Notes under the pieces: model-generated | Seen by the model: the letters and a program-made list of their open reading frames with translations, nothing else | Databases searched by the model: none | Told to the model about the DNA's origin: nothing | Position numbers and translations under genes: made by a program | Part shown: positions 27,690-40,132 of the stretch, piece by piece | Numbering within the stretch: position 1 is the first letter of the stretch | Layout of the letters: every line of letters begins with the position of its first letter | NCBI GenBank assembly: GCA_964016885.1 | Contig: OZ024754.1 | Location: 13,268,001 to 13,332,000 of the forward strand | Direction: 5' to 3' | DNA length: 64,000 bases | Source: Eledone cirrhosa | Lineage: Eukaryota

Positions 27690-27954
27690 AACTTTTTTAA
27701 AAGGAAGTTGCATTCTCAAAAGGTATGTCACTAATTATTTATAAAACAGCTTATGTATTGTATTTTGTCTGAGGAAGGCATAATATATTTTTAATATGAT
27801 ATCCCAGAAATATATATAACGAAATAAATATGGTTTTATAAATATAGTTTCCATTTGTTTAATATCGTAAACCTACTCCAGAAACTGTCGAGTGCTTTTA
27901 TATCAGTTATAAAATATTTACTCGTTGTAACCCAACAATCTTAAATAAAACTTT

Positions 27955-27957
<3 letters not shown>
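27690..27957 (+). mobile_element. PLE family F terminal repeat with hammerhead (27761-27826); related copies 28219-28373 and 48496-48653
   Basis: TATTTTGT CTGAGGA [stem II] GAAA tatata TA ACGAAATA, AATAAA, tail with CGAGTGCT. The 48541-48601 copy reads ATTTTGT CTGATGA aaacGTAC..GTACcttt GAAA tatgta TA ATAAAAT. Confidence 0.75.
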
Positions 27958-27992
<35 letters not shown>

Positions 27993-27994
<2 letters not shown>

Positions 27995-28146
27995 AAAGGT
28001 GTCAGGACCCCGACGGCTGAGCTCAGGACTCTAGACAATATTAACATACGTCTAGTTCGTTCGTCAGACAGGAGGGTTATCTCACAATAGATCTGTCTTA
28101 TACATAGAGACCTCTTTTCTCCATTGCTTTTTCTTCGGAAATACTT

Positions 28147-28149
<3 letters not shown>
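27993..28149. mobile_element. Chimeric insertion: family D short arm plus a tail from another family
   Basis: 27993-28024 matches family D antisense; 28036-28149 is the reverse complement of 29101-29213. Confidence 0.75.
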
Positions 28150-28223
<74 letters not shown>

Positions 28224-28992
28224 TTTATATGATGAAAGCGCACCGAAATTTGCCTTGGTTGCCCTTGAAATATAGTTCCATTTATTAATATATTGAATAT
28301 TTACTCCAGTTATCTGTTGAGTGCTTTAACTTTTAAGCTTGTTGAATCCCAACAAATTAAATATAACTTTTGCATATATATATATATATATATATAAATT
28401 AGCGAGAATCGTATTTCGGGTATTGGAAATTAGCGAAAAACAACTTCCGAGGTGTGTGGCAAGCGCTCCATAGAAACTAGTGAACTAGAGCAACAACGTA
28501 AGTTAAAAAGTCCAACACAGTGAGACGATGGTTAAACCATTATCCGCACAGCCATAGAAACGACCAAACAGTTCGGGTCAAACAAATAATAAAATATGGT
28601 TGAAAATTATACTCGGACCCCTGGAAACGTTGGTAAGATCCAGTATGGGGTTTCTGCAATTCCTAAATCAGGTACTGTCTGATTAAACAAATACTGTTAA
28701 GCTTTTGGTATGATGATCGAACAAGGAAGTCACTTTTTCAACAGGTATTTAGTTCTGTGCAAAGCTAAGGACTGACCGTTATCAAAACCCACGTGGGGTG
28801 TGATAAGGGGAACAACCCCTAGTTTTGGCGGATGAATTCAGTATGTGTGTTATTGCAAAATTGCAAAATATCACAAAACGAATTAAGCTCTCAACAGAAT
28901 AGTTTTAAAATTAAACAAGAGCTATTAATCAGTCAATAGAATTAACTAAAAAAAAAATAAAAAAAGTAAAAAAAAAAAAAAAGAAATACTTA

Positions 28993-29102
<110 letters not shown>

Positions 29103-29261
29103 AGTATTTCCGAAGAAAAAGCAATGGAGAAAAGAGGGCTCTATGTATAAAACTGATATATTGTGAGATAACCCCCCTGTCTGACGATCGAACTAGACGT
29201 ATGTTAATATTGTGTTGTTCACTTTCTAATTAATTATTTATGTATATATATATATATATAT

Positions 29262-31352
29262 AAATAAATTAATAAAAACAATGAATAAAAACAAAGAACA
29301 ACTTCCTTATATTAAAAAATTCATCATTTTACGATCGTTTCCTGGATATATATGTGTGTTGGTATGTATATCATATAGATCTATGTAAAAAATTGACAAA
29401 CTATCAGAGGAAATATACATACCTTCACATATGTATTTGTTTATTGAAAAAAAAACAACAACGATTTAATATAATAGGTCTGTTTGGGAACAGGTTTTGA
29501 ATTGACCAATAGAAAAGTAGTAAAAGGCCAATTTGATAGAATAGTAGTAGTAGAAATTTAATTTAGGGGTAGAGGAATGCAGACTTAAGTTTTGAGTGGA
29601 AAGAATACTTTGAATGAAAAGAATACTTTGGGGATGAAAAGAGGTCAAACCGGTGAAAAACTAATTATAATATGTAAAATATAAGTGTAAGGTGTATATT
29701 AATTAGGTTTATAATATTTGAAAGTTCTTCTAATTTTATGATTGCAAGATATAATTAATTCTTGTCGCTTATTTAATAGGATATCCTTAGATTTCATTAT
29801 TTCAAAAAGTTCCTGGGGGCATAATCTACACTCATATCTGTTATTTTGATAAGGGGTGGCCCTTTTGAGCACACTCCAGGTCAGGTTGTAATCGATATTC
29901 TTTTTTCTATAATTATTAATTGTTTCAGCCAATGATGTTGTATTAGCTAATGCGGCATTTTTAAAACTATGTTTGTGGGTATTAAATCTTACTTTAAATT
30001 GGTTAGACGTAGCTCCTATATATGAATAAGTTCAGTCCTTAGTGCTAATTTTACATTTACATACTATGTTATTAATAAGACAATTTCCCTTTAATGGGCA
30101 ATTTCCTTTGTTTCTACAGTTACAACCATTCGTGAATATTATATCAGGGGATTTAGTCAAATTTGGTGTGGAATTTACTCGACTTGTTATATGTGAAGGA
30201 GATGGTGGTTTGTTTAAAATTTGATGGTATTTATGGTTTGGCGGGAAGTTTTTCTCAAGGATAGTAAAAATGTTTTAGGGATATTATCTTTAATTTGTAG
30301 ATTAAATGGAGCATTATACCAAGTAACTCGTCTATTACGGTTTCGATGTTGTTTTTTATATTTATACGATGTATCAGGATGTTTACTAAGAGAATTGGTA
30401 TTAGTGACTTTATTATATATAGGTTTAGTTAGATTAACTGATTTAGGTGTTTTAGTCTGATTATTAGGAATTTTGTTAGTAATGTTTTTAACGTATATTG
30501 GAGTATTAGGATGAATGGTTTTTTGAAAGTTATTATATTTTATGTGAGAAGAGGTAGAGAAATTAAGTTTTAAATTGGTATTTTGGGGTATAGTTTGAGT
30601 GGCATTTCGGTTTTTTGTTTTTCATTTTGTGTTTGTTGGTAATATTGGGTTGTATGTTTGAAGTATTATTGATGCAAGGTATATAGACTAATTTGTTTTT
30701 GTGGCCGCTTCTAGCTAAAGCTTCGTTATAAAAGGGCGCATTTTTATCGAATACATCCTGGTTAGATGAAAGGCTAGAAATTCTGAGTGAGATATTATAT
30801 GCTAGGTTTTTAAGGATAGATCTAGGGTGATTGGATTGTGAGTGTATGTAATGTAAGTTTTGGTTAGGTTTATGGTATGGTTGGTAGGTACCCGTAGAGA
30901 AGTCTAAAGTTATATCTAGTAAATTAACTATTTTACTGGTGTTTTCAAATGTAATAGTGAGACTACAATAGTCTTTGAGGAAAGTTCTAATAAGTTTTTT
31001 TATTTTTTTCAATTTCTGATAGGCTAAGGTTAATAGAGAGAAGAAGACAGTCATCACGATATAAACCACCTTTAAGGTGGGGAAAAGAAGAATTTATATT
31101 AAATAGAAGAAAGAGGCCCACAAGATCGGAAATTTGGGCAGAATCACTAGAGCCCAGAGTAATGTCGAATAGATTACTATATGTATTTCTGGTCCAGTAT
31201 TCCTTCTGAAATTCCAGTAGTGTTTGCCTTGACTCTGTTTTCCTGGGATTTTCATCGAAAACTTTTGAATGCATCTTCTCTTTTCATGATATTTGGATTA
31301 CATTGAGTTCTTCATACGGATTTGACACTACCGTATATTTTAGTAGATTTAT
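29262..31352 (-). mobile_element. 5'-truncated Penelope-like element with RT and GIY-YIG remnants
   Basis: Flanked by (TA)n; coding remnants inside; both termini shared with 25463-25633. Confidence 0.9.
29699..31205 (-). pseudogene. PLE reverse transcriptase (palm/thumb) + GIY-YIG, frameshifted
   Basis: FDITLGSSDSAQISDLVGLF..GGLYRDD, VNLLDITLD, YQPYHKPN, YIHSQSNHP, VTWYNAPF, CNCRNKGNCPLKGNCL, YIGATSNQFKVR, CRLC..ELFEI..LLNKRQELIISCNH. Confidence 0.92.
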
Positions 31353-31623
31353 CTACATATATATATATATATTCACAAAGAATATAAACACACTTCTACA
31401 GTATTCTGATAAAAGTATGTATACTTTATATTGGGACAGCCTGTATATAGAACACAGATGCAGAGTTGAGGAAAGAAGGGTCATTTCTTTGTCTATACAT
31501 TGACATTGAAATGTGTATAAACAGGAAACTGAACAACAAACATTCTTCAAATATAACCTCACATATCTGTAGTGATCGTATAAACACAGGCACGTGCACC
31601 CACGAACACATACACACACAAGC

Positions 31624-31718
<95 letters not shown>

Positions 31719-31807
31719 TAGAGAGAGAGAAATAGATAGATATGTCTGTGTTTATCTGACTATGTATACACATACAACATACACACACACGCACATATAT
31801 ACATGCA

Positions 31808-31945
<138 letters not shown>

Positions 31946-31946
31946 T

Positions 31947-32558
31947 ATGGTGGCTGCCAACTCGTTTTCGAGTACGGCCACTACTTTATATCCATGTAGG
32001 AGAACCCCTACCGATGCGCTGAACGAGTGTGACTTTTTAGTCCAGCCAGCGACTTGAAAACTCTGGTACAAACACTACACTTGTGACAATTATTGACACA
32101 TAGTGCTGGGCCCATTGTACCCTGTGATGACAAGAACAGAGAGATCTCCAGATATAAGGCAATGCCTGTGCCGTGAAGCTTTTATAGTGAGCAAAGGCAC
32201 TGCACAAAGCCAGTCCCACTCTCTTAACCAAGATGATATTTACCAAAAAGAAGAACAAGTCAACATCATTGGATACCATCAGAGTTGCAGGTGTTATATC
32301 AGAGTTTTCCTTCTCCTAGAATTCTGCCTTGACAAAGGCTAAGGGGTCATCTCTCCCGGTGATTTTGGATGGCCATTGACTCTTAAGAGCTCCTTTGCCC
32401 TTTGACAAGTTTTGTTTTTAGTCCTGCAGGATGTCCAAAGTCACCCTCCTCACCAAGAAACCTTGGTGGGGTTGCCAGTTTAGTCGCCAACGACCCGACC
32501 ATGAGACAGGTTGTACTGGGATACATGTTACCAGTAGCACCAACTGGTGACATGACAT
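31947..32558 (-). mobile_element. Full-length (about 610 bp) bipartite non-autonomous RTE derivative
   Basis: RTE-like 5' UTR (CTAGGAGAAGGAAAACTCTGAT) joined to a zinc-finger-coding 3' end and 3' stem-loop; no RT; partial copy at 382-743. Confidence 0.75.
32475..32556 (-). ncRNA. Candidate degenerate HDV-like ribozyme at the 5' end of the RTE derivative
   Basis: P1 GTCATG/CATGGT, J1/2 hairpin, P2 CCAGT/ACTGG, L3 ACCTG with CC available for GG, P4 TCG/CGA, J4/2 CTAA; P3 has one mismatch. Confidence 0.45.
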
Positions 32559-32593
32559 AATATACATATATATACATACATACATACATACAT

Positions 32594-32645
<52 letters not shown>

Positions 32646-32680
32646 TTATATATACACATATATATAATATATATATAGAT

Positions 32681-32781
<101 letters not shown>

Positions 32782-32834
32782 TATAATATATATACATATG
32801 TATACACATATATATAATATATATATACATACAC

Positions 32835-32916
<82 letters not shown>

Positions 32917-33109
32917 GGAAAAGCAAGCAAGATGAAATAAGAAAATTAACCTAACGGGAAACTAATTTACTGTGATCCATGATGATGTATCATATGAACA
33001 TATGTGTATGTGTATATATGTGTAAGTAGTGTATCTGTGGATGTGTGCGCCAACGTGTGTGCATGTGGGTGCTTGTCTAAATTCCTCTCACAAGGGATTT
33101 GTCTATCCG

Positions 33110-33620
33110 AGATTACATTAGAAGATATTTGCTGAACTTGCTGTGCAGCGGACCATGTGATTGTATAGCAAATGTCTTAAATGTCTCTCTCGTATTTATT
33201 TCTTACAAATTACTTTTGTTTACAATGCTTGCTCGCCTCTGTGACATAAAATACAAGGCCCTGTTCAAGAACGTTTTGGAGAAGAGAAAAATATAGGTAT
33301 AACTTGAGATAATAACTTGAATAAGTCAGATCAAGCTGCAGAATTAGTGAAAAATCCTATTACCATACTTGAAATGATAAAATGCATTGTTTTTGCTTCT
33401 TGTTTTGTTTCGGCCAAAGATCAATGGAAACCCACTTCCAATATCCTGCGACCACATTTGTAACCTGATAAGATTATGGGAGAACCACACTTCATCAAGA
33501 TCCGATTCTCTAAGAAGTTAGCTATGAAAAAATGTTATTAAATTTATTGCGACACTAAAGCATTTGCTGTATAGAGGCATGCATAAGATTTTTGATTATC
33601 TTTTACTATTCCAACCAATA
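33110..33620 (+). pseudogene. Very old CR1/L2-like RT fragment
   Basis: EEKNIGIT*DNNLNKSDQAAELVKNPITILEMIK..ILRPHL and VIKFIATLKHLLY resemble EKDLG..D..L..Q....KA..ILG.IK..LVRPHL..ATKLI..L..LSY. Confidence 0.45.
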
Positions 33621-33914
33621 AAATGTTCTTTTATGAGTTGTAGAGAAACCATTGATAAATAACAGATGACAATAAATTAGATATTATTCTGATATCTTTA
33701 AAAAAAAGCTTCATTACCAAGAATACAGCAGTTAACAATCTATAGGTTTCTCAACCATAAAAGAAAACTTATATATGGAGACTTCTATATAAGTTCTAAA
33801 TATGATATAACTGACTCGGGTAGCTGTACAATGCTTAGTACAAGATACAGGATCGATGCTTTACTTATAATATACTGACAGCTATTGATAAACTGGCTCT
33901 TATATATCGACAGT

Positions 33915-34342
33915 CGATCGACTTTCGTCAAATCGGACCGAGGAAACAATGTTTCCGTTGGTCTTTCCAATTGCTAATACTATCTATCGGTCGCAACTCC
34001 AGGTAGAAGGAGCAACGTGAAATAAAGTGTCTTGCTCAAGGACATAACGCATCGCCCGGTCCGGGAATCGAACTCACAACCTCACGATTAGGAATCCAAT
34101 TCTCTAACCACTCGGCCACACGCCTTCGTTAAGGCGTGTGGCTGAGTGGTTAGGGAATTGGATTCGCAATTGTAAGGTTGTGAGTTCGATTCCTGGACCA
34201 GGCGATGCGTTATGTCCTTGAGCAAGACACTTTATTTCACGTTGCTCCTTCTACCTGGAGTTGCGACCGATAGATAGTATTAGCAATTGGAAAGACCAAC
34301 GGAAACATTGTTTCCTCGGTACGATTTGACGAAAGTCGATCG
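33915..34342. mobile_element. Head-to-head pair of tRNA SINEs (V-domain-like family 2)
   Basis: Arms 33915-34126 (-) and 34131-34342 (+), 4-bp spacer; A box TGGCTGAGTGG, B box GAGTTCGATTCC. Confidence 0.92.
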
Positions 34343-34429
34343 TTCCTCTTATATATGTAGCTCTCATATATTATACAAACTGACTACTTTTAACGGATAT
34401 TCTCAATCATATATTATATATATGAAGGC

Positions 34430-34565
34430 TGTTAATTAGTCGTTAGAACGCCGGATGAAATGCCGTGTGGTATTTATTCCGGCCCTCTAGTCTCTGGGTT
34501 CGAATTCCACCGCAGTTAACTTTGCTTTTCATCATTTGGATGTCAATAAAAAAAAAGTAGCAGTC
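34430..34565 (+). mobile_element. Degenerate Meta-like SINE
   Basis: GGGTTCGAATTCC B box followed by GTTAACTTTGCTTTTCATC. Confidence 0.6.
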
Positions 34566-34713
34566 TAATACCGAGGTAAACCTTACATCTATATAACTCT
34601 ATCAGCCTTGCTCTCTCCTTCTCTGAAAGAAATATTGGCTGTGATCAAATCTTGAGAGAGAGGGAGAGGGAGCTCCAGGTTTTAAAATGCCAAAGAAACT
34701 TCGAAATATATAT

Positions 34714-34756
<43 letters not shown>

Positions 34757-34761
<5 letters not shown>

Positions 34762-37277
34762 ATTTTATGTTGGTTGTATACCAACACCTCAGTATGCAGG
34801 CTGGAGCACTCGACGAAGTGCGCAGGTTGGTTTGGTTACTCCGGAGTAGTGTAAAATAAAGTTAAATAAAAGTCAAATGATTAAAATTTAGCTTCGTTTA
34901 TTACTGCTATATATATTTCAGTGACAGCCATCTTTGTGACCTCTTCAGGCAGTTTGAATTAGTATGGTATAGACAAGTACATATGTTGTTTAGGTGTATG
35001 ATATTGTCAATACTCTGATATGCCCAGTTCCTTGTTGGGTTGTTAATTCACTGGTGAACTGGAGTCATATGAATTCAAACAAACGAATTTTCGTGTCACA
35101 GGTCCCCTTCACTTCTCATTGGTCAGTTATTAGAACATTCCTCATTCTAAGTGTTGTTATTGTTGGAGTTAGCTTAAAAATTTATAAAATGGTAGAAGGG
35201 ACAAGGTGTTAAAGGAACAAAATAACAAAAAAAGTGTCAAACTTCCCATTGTTCAGTTCTGAGAGCATTCCTCAGTCAGAAGTCTATAGAATTCTTTCTG
35301 GGGTGAGGCTCCCTGTAGTGTTTTTCCCTGCGATTGTTCAGTATATTTGACCTCCACCATTATTTTGGTACTGTTGTTGTTGTAGTGGTCAACTTATATC
35401 TTGCTGCTGCTAACAATTTAGAAGTATCCAGTTTGTGTTTTCTCTTCATCCCTCCCGCCACCATCGTAGTGGTGGTGGTGGTGGTGGGGGGGGGTTCTTT
35501 CATGTATATGAAGAAATATGAGGCAATAAATGAAGAAAACAGAAAATAAATAAATAATATAATAAAATAAAATAATTAATATAATTTGTGTAATTTGAAA
35601 ATAAATAAATAAATTGAGAATAAAGAATAAAGAGTAAATGAGAGATTGGTGAAAAAGTAATGATAATGTATATGGAGAAGTGAGAAATAATGTAGGATAA
35701 AGTGTGTGTGTGTGTGCTATAACCAATCTCAAGGTCAGAATATGTTGGATAGATTGGTATGATACAAGATGTTAAGATGAGATATTCAATGTGTTTGTGT
35801 TATAATCTGTCTCAATTTAAAATAAATATAAGGTGATACAGTGAAGAGGGCAGAAAACAAATAACAAATTAATAAAGAGAAATCAAGATTTAAGATTGGA
35901 ACTTGAAAGTCAGAAATCTGGTAAATTAAAAGTGTTTGTGATATAGATGTTGGCCAAATTATTATGGCTGTGTCCGATTCTATCTCTAGGCTATCATGGT
36001 GTCTGCTCCACCTGGGTTGTTCCCTATGGCTTGAGGGGAGTTCACAACCTAGGGTGTTGTTATTGCCCATATAGCTTGAGGGAGGTCTGGCCGAGAGGTG
36101 TTTTCATGTTCTGTAGAAGTCCCTATAGCTTGAGGGGAGTTCACATCCTCTTGTGTTGCTACTGTCCATATATTTTGAGAAAGGTCCCGGCTCTAAGGTG
36201 TCTGCATGTCCCGAAGAAGTCGGTTCTGAGGTTTATCAGGCCGCTGCCACCTCTTAGTATCTCTAGGGTCTCGTTCAGGCATAGTTTGCATATGCAAGAT
36301 CCCCCTTTATCGGGTGGTACTTTCCTGATTATGTACCAGGCCAGAGAGTATGGGGTCCTGTCCAGCTTAAGCTTCCAGATCAGGTCGGAGAGAGCTGTGC
36401 TTTTCCTTTTGGCCTCCTTCTTGAATGAATGGCGATGGTTGTACCAGCGGTCCTTAAAGCTCGTTGATGTGGTTCCTATGTAGAGGTGTTCGGAGTTGGG
36501 GGTTTTAACCCTACAACCGTACACTATGTTCTTCTTGAGACATTCATTACCAAGGGGGCATGATTCGGGGTTTCTACAGTTGCAGAGGGTGGTCGGCCTC
36601 TGCGTGCCTAGATTAGGGTTCTCATTATGTGTTACATGTTGGTCTTCCCCCATGCTCGGTGGGGGCGTCCTTGGGTCTGTTTGTGTTTCTTGGGTGAGCT
36701 CTGGGTCCCCCCTTCCCTCCTTTCACATGGTTCTGCTGAGTGTTTGTATTGCCATCTTCTGGTTGTGTGTGGTTTTTAAGCCTACTTCTGTTGATGCTAG
36801 CTATGTGTTGAGCCAAATTTCTCGTGGTGGAATACGAAAGCTTCACAGTGTGTCTGTTGAAGATCCTGTGGTATCTGTGGTCCCTCGGGAAGCATTTGTC
36901 AAGTGCTCCAAAGAATAATCGGGCCAAGCTTTTCTTTAGGGCCGCTGAGTAGGGTGGGTTGTACCACGTGATTTGTCGGTGTCTCCTCCTATATGTGTGG
37001 GTTGGGGGCTTCGTGATTCGTTGGACATTTGTTGGTTTGCTGGTGGTTTCCGAACTGTTGCTTCCCTTTTGGGCTCTATACTTTTTGTTATCTTCGCGGC
37101 CCGGATTTGTGGGGTGGTTGTTGTCCGCCCCGGGAGATCCATCGTGGGGTGGTCGCCCCCCCCCCACGTGTCCTGCGGTTGGGGTTGTCCGTCCTGGGGT
37201 AGTTAGCATCACGCCTGAGACTGCTACTCATATTGTGCTCCATCTCGTGGTCAAGCGCACTAGTCCCCACCGCCCGT
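34757..37277 (-). mobile_element. 5'-truncated Penelope-like element (family E) with 1.4-kb 3' region
   Basis: GIY-YIG ORF, HHR at 34903-34953 (-), terminal 290 bp matches 37604-37902; 99-bp tandem duplication of the ORF end (36021-36220). Confidence 0.9.
36159..37000 (-). pseudogene. PLE linker + GIY-YIG endonuclease
   Basis: [91 protein letters not shown]; one frameshift. Confidence 0.92.
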
Positions 37278-37309
37278 GTGAGAGAGAGAGAGAGAGATAT
37301 ATATATATG

Positions 37310-37458
<149 letters not shown>

Positions 37459-37467
37459 TATATATAT

Positions 37468-37902
37468 AAACAAGGTTTAGTAAATAATGAAAAAGTTTCA
37501 AAATAAATTTTAAAAAATTGACTTTACCTACTATAGTTACCTTTACCGATCGGTTTCGAATCCCAAAAATAAAACGGAGACCATACGACTCCAGTTCCCC
37601 AGTGAATTAACAACCCAACAAGGAACTGGGCATATCAGAGTATTGACAATATCATACACCTAAATAACATATGTACTTGTCTATACCATACTAATTCAAA
37701 CTGCCTGAAGAGGTCACAGCCAAAGATGGCTGTCACTGAAATATATATAGCAGTAATAAACGAAGCTAAATTTTAATCATTTGACTTTTATTTAACTTTA
37801 TTTTACACTACTCCGGAGTAACCAAACCAACCTGCGCACTTCGTCGAGTGCTCCAGCCTGCATACTGAGGTGTTGGTATACAACCAACATAAACTCAAAA
37901 TC
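37468..37902. mobile_element. Chimeric two-armed PLE insertion
   Basis: 37468-37600 is an antisense arm of a family also seen at 39159-39252 (HHR half GAAACCGATCGGTA); 37604-37902 is a sense family E arm with full tail. Confidence 0.75.
37700..37754 (+). ncRNA. Type I hammerhead, family E
   Basis: ACTGC CTGAAGA ggtc ACAGCCA aaga TGGCTGT cact GAAA tatata TA GCAGT, followed directly by AATAAA. Confidence 0.8.
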
Positions 37903-37917
37903 TATATATATATATAT

Positions 37918-38034
37918 ATTGAAATGACAGATTAAAGTTTAAGCAAAGAATCGCTGCTTTCACCCTTAACGGGATCTTCTGAAACTAACAAAGTCAATCT
38001 GTGAACGCAGAAGTGAATATTTCAAAAAACGTTA
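37918..38034 (-). mobile_element. PLE family A arm; further A stubs at 45546-45682 and 57962-58052
   Basis: Matches 6868-6983, including the CAGAAGA hammerhead. Confidence 0.85.
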
Positions 38035-38057
38035 CATATATACATAAATATGTATAC

Positions 38058-38089
<32 letters not shown>

Positions 38090-38094
38090 TACGC

Positions 38095-38339
38095 ATAATG
38101 CCAGAACCATCAGTTTTCCAAGAGATGTCAACATTTATGGACCTGTTATTTTTATCAAAGACATTTTTTGTAATTCCAACCCACCCGTCCCTTCAATCTA
38201 TCTTATTTCTCATTCTTTCTTCTGATGAAGGAATAGCGTCCGAAACGATAAGAACCTCTTCCTGGTATTTCAAGCGTTAACCTAATATATTCCTTCCATA
38301 TACTGTACCGATTGTGTTGCTATTTTCGTTTACCTTTTA
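38095..38339 (+). mobile_element. PLE terminal repeat, second copy 55195-55406
   Basis: Two homologous copies, both with a CTGATGAAGGA..TCCGAAAC core and ending in microsatellite. Confidence 0.8.
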
Positions 38340-38520
38340 CACACACACACGCACACATACACGCACACACACACACACACACATACATACGTACATACAT
38401 ACATATATATATATTATTTATTCATTTATTCATTTATATATATATATCTTTATATATATATACGTATATATATAATATACACACATATATATATATTTAC
38501 ATATATATACATATATATAT

Positions 38521-38698
38521 GACCCCGACGGCAGAGCTCAAGCCGTTTCGGCGGCTATTTCTGGTCCATCTGGTTCCTTACCACAATTCTTTTGTTATAT
38601 TTATTATATATATATATATATACACAAACATATATATATATTATATGTATATATATATATATATATATACATATAATATATATATATATATATGTTTG

Positions 38699-38729
<31 letters not shown>

Positions 38730-38823
38730 AATATAACAAAGGAATTGTGGTAAGGAACCAGATGGACCAGAAATAGCCGCCGAAACGGCTTGAGCTCTGC
38801 CGTCGGGGTCATACGTTTTCCTA
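38521..38823. mobile_element. Two inverted copies of a family D composite stub separated by (TA)n
   Basis: 38521-38606 is the reverse complement of 38725-38810. Confidence 0.85.
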
Positions 38824-38867
38824 TAATAAATATATATATATATATGTGTTTGCATATATATATATAT

Positions 38868-38919
<52 letters not shown>

Positions 38920-38931
38920 ATATATATATAT

Positions 38932-39050
38932 GCGAAGAAATACCTATGATGGCTAGTAGACCACTGATGACGGATAGTCCTGGCTTCTATTTCTAATTCT
39001 TCATTTTTATATATATCCTCATGCAACGACACAGCGCGCCTTTTTCATTC
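38932..39050 (+). mobile_element. Third, 5'-truncated copy of the rearranged-hammerhead repeat
   Basis: GCGAA GAAATACC..CCA CTGATGA..TGCAAC with the same 27-nt spacing. Confidence 0.6.
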
Positions 39051-39071
39051 ATATATATATATATATATGTT

Positions 39072-39161
<90 letters not shown>

Positions 39162-39629
39162 CAAGGTTTAGCAAATAAGAAAACATTTTAAAATAAATTT
39201 TAAAAAGTTCACTGTACCTGCTGTAATTACACTTATCGTACGGTTTCAAGTCTTATATATATATATATATATATGTTTGCATATATATGCATGCATTCAT
39301 CTATGTATGTATATACGTATGTACGTATTTAAGTATGCATCTATGTATACAATTGCTCTGTGTGTGTATGAAAGTGTTTCTTTTTTTTTTTACTGATAAC
39401 CTAAGCCATCAAATGAAAGCAGCAGGCGTTAAGTTAGACACCTTAAGACTAGTCTTTTTATATCATTGGTAACAAATCAGTCACCAGAAAGCAGTCACTG
39501 CAAACATTTTACAATTCCATCGTGATATAAAATGGCGGAGATAATTTGAGGCCACGATAACATCGTAACCTTTCAGAGAAACCATAGAATCATAACAGCA
39601 GTAGGCACTAGTTCGGAATTCTTAGTTGC

Positions 39630-39681
<52 letters not shown>

Positions 39682-39692
39682 ATATGTATTTA

Positions 39693-39723
<31 letters not shown>

Positions 39724-40132
39724 GTATATGTATGTATATATAACTTTTTTTATTAATGTCCATTACTTCTTCGTAGTTTCGCATATTTTTTTTTGTTTTT
39801 ACGTTATCGTAGCTAGCAATAGTCTTATATGTCTCTTTTATGTTACCTTACTTTTCATATTGTCAGCATTATCACCTTCACCACCAACAACAACAACAAC
39901 AACAACAATCATAGCAACAACAATAACGATTAACAACACCAATAACAATTATGTGTTCAGTATTTTCTTTGCCGAAGCACCACCATCTGAGACGTACCTA
40001 TAATCTTAGCGTTGTAACAACATGAACGACTATAACAGCAGCATCAACACCAGTATCTAATAAACACCAACTTTATCGCCATTACCACCTCACCAACTAA
40101 ACAGTCAGTAAAAGGATTAACTACATCGACGC

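Noticed and set aside
34131-34205. tRNA genes (also 27355-27430, 52520-52590, 61960-62010)
   Set aside because: A/B boxes are present but run into SINE bodies with no complete cloverleaf.
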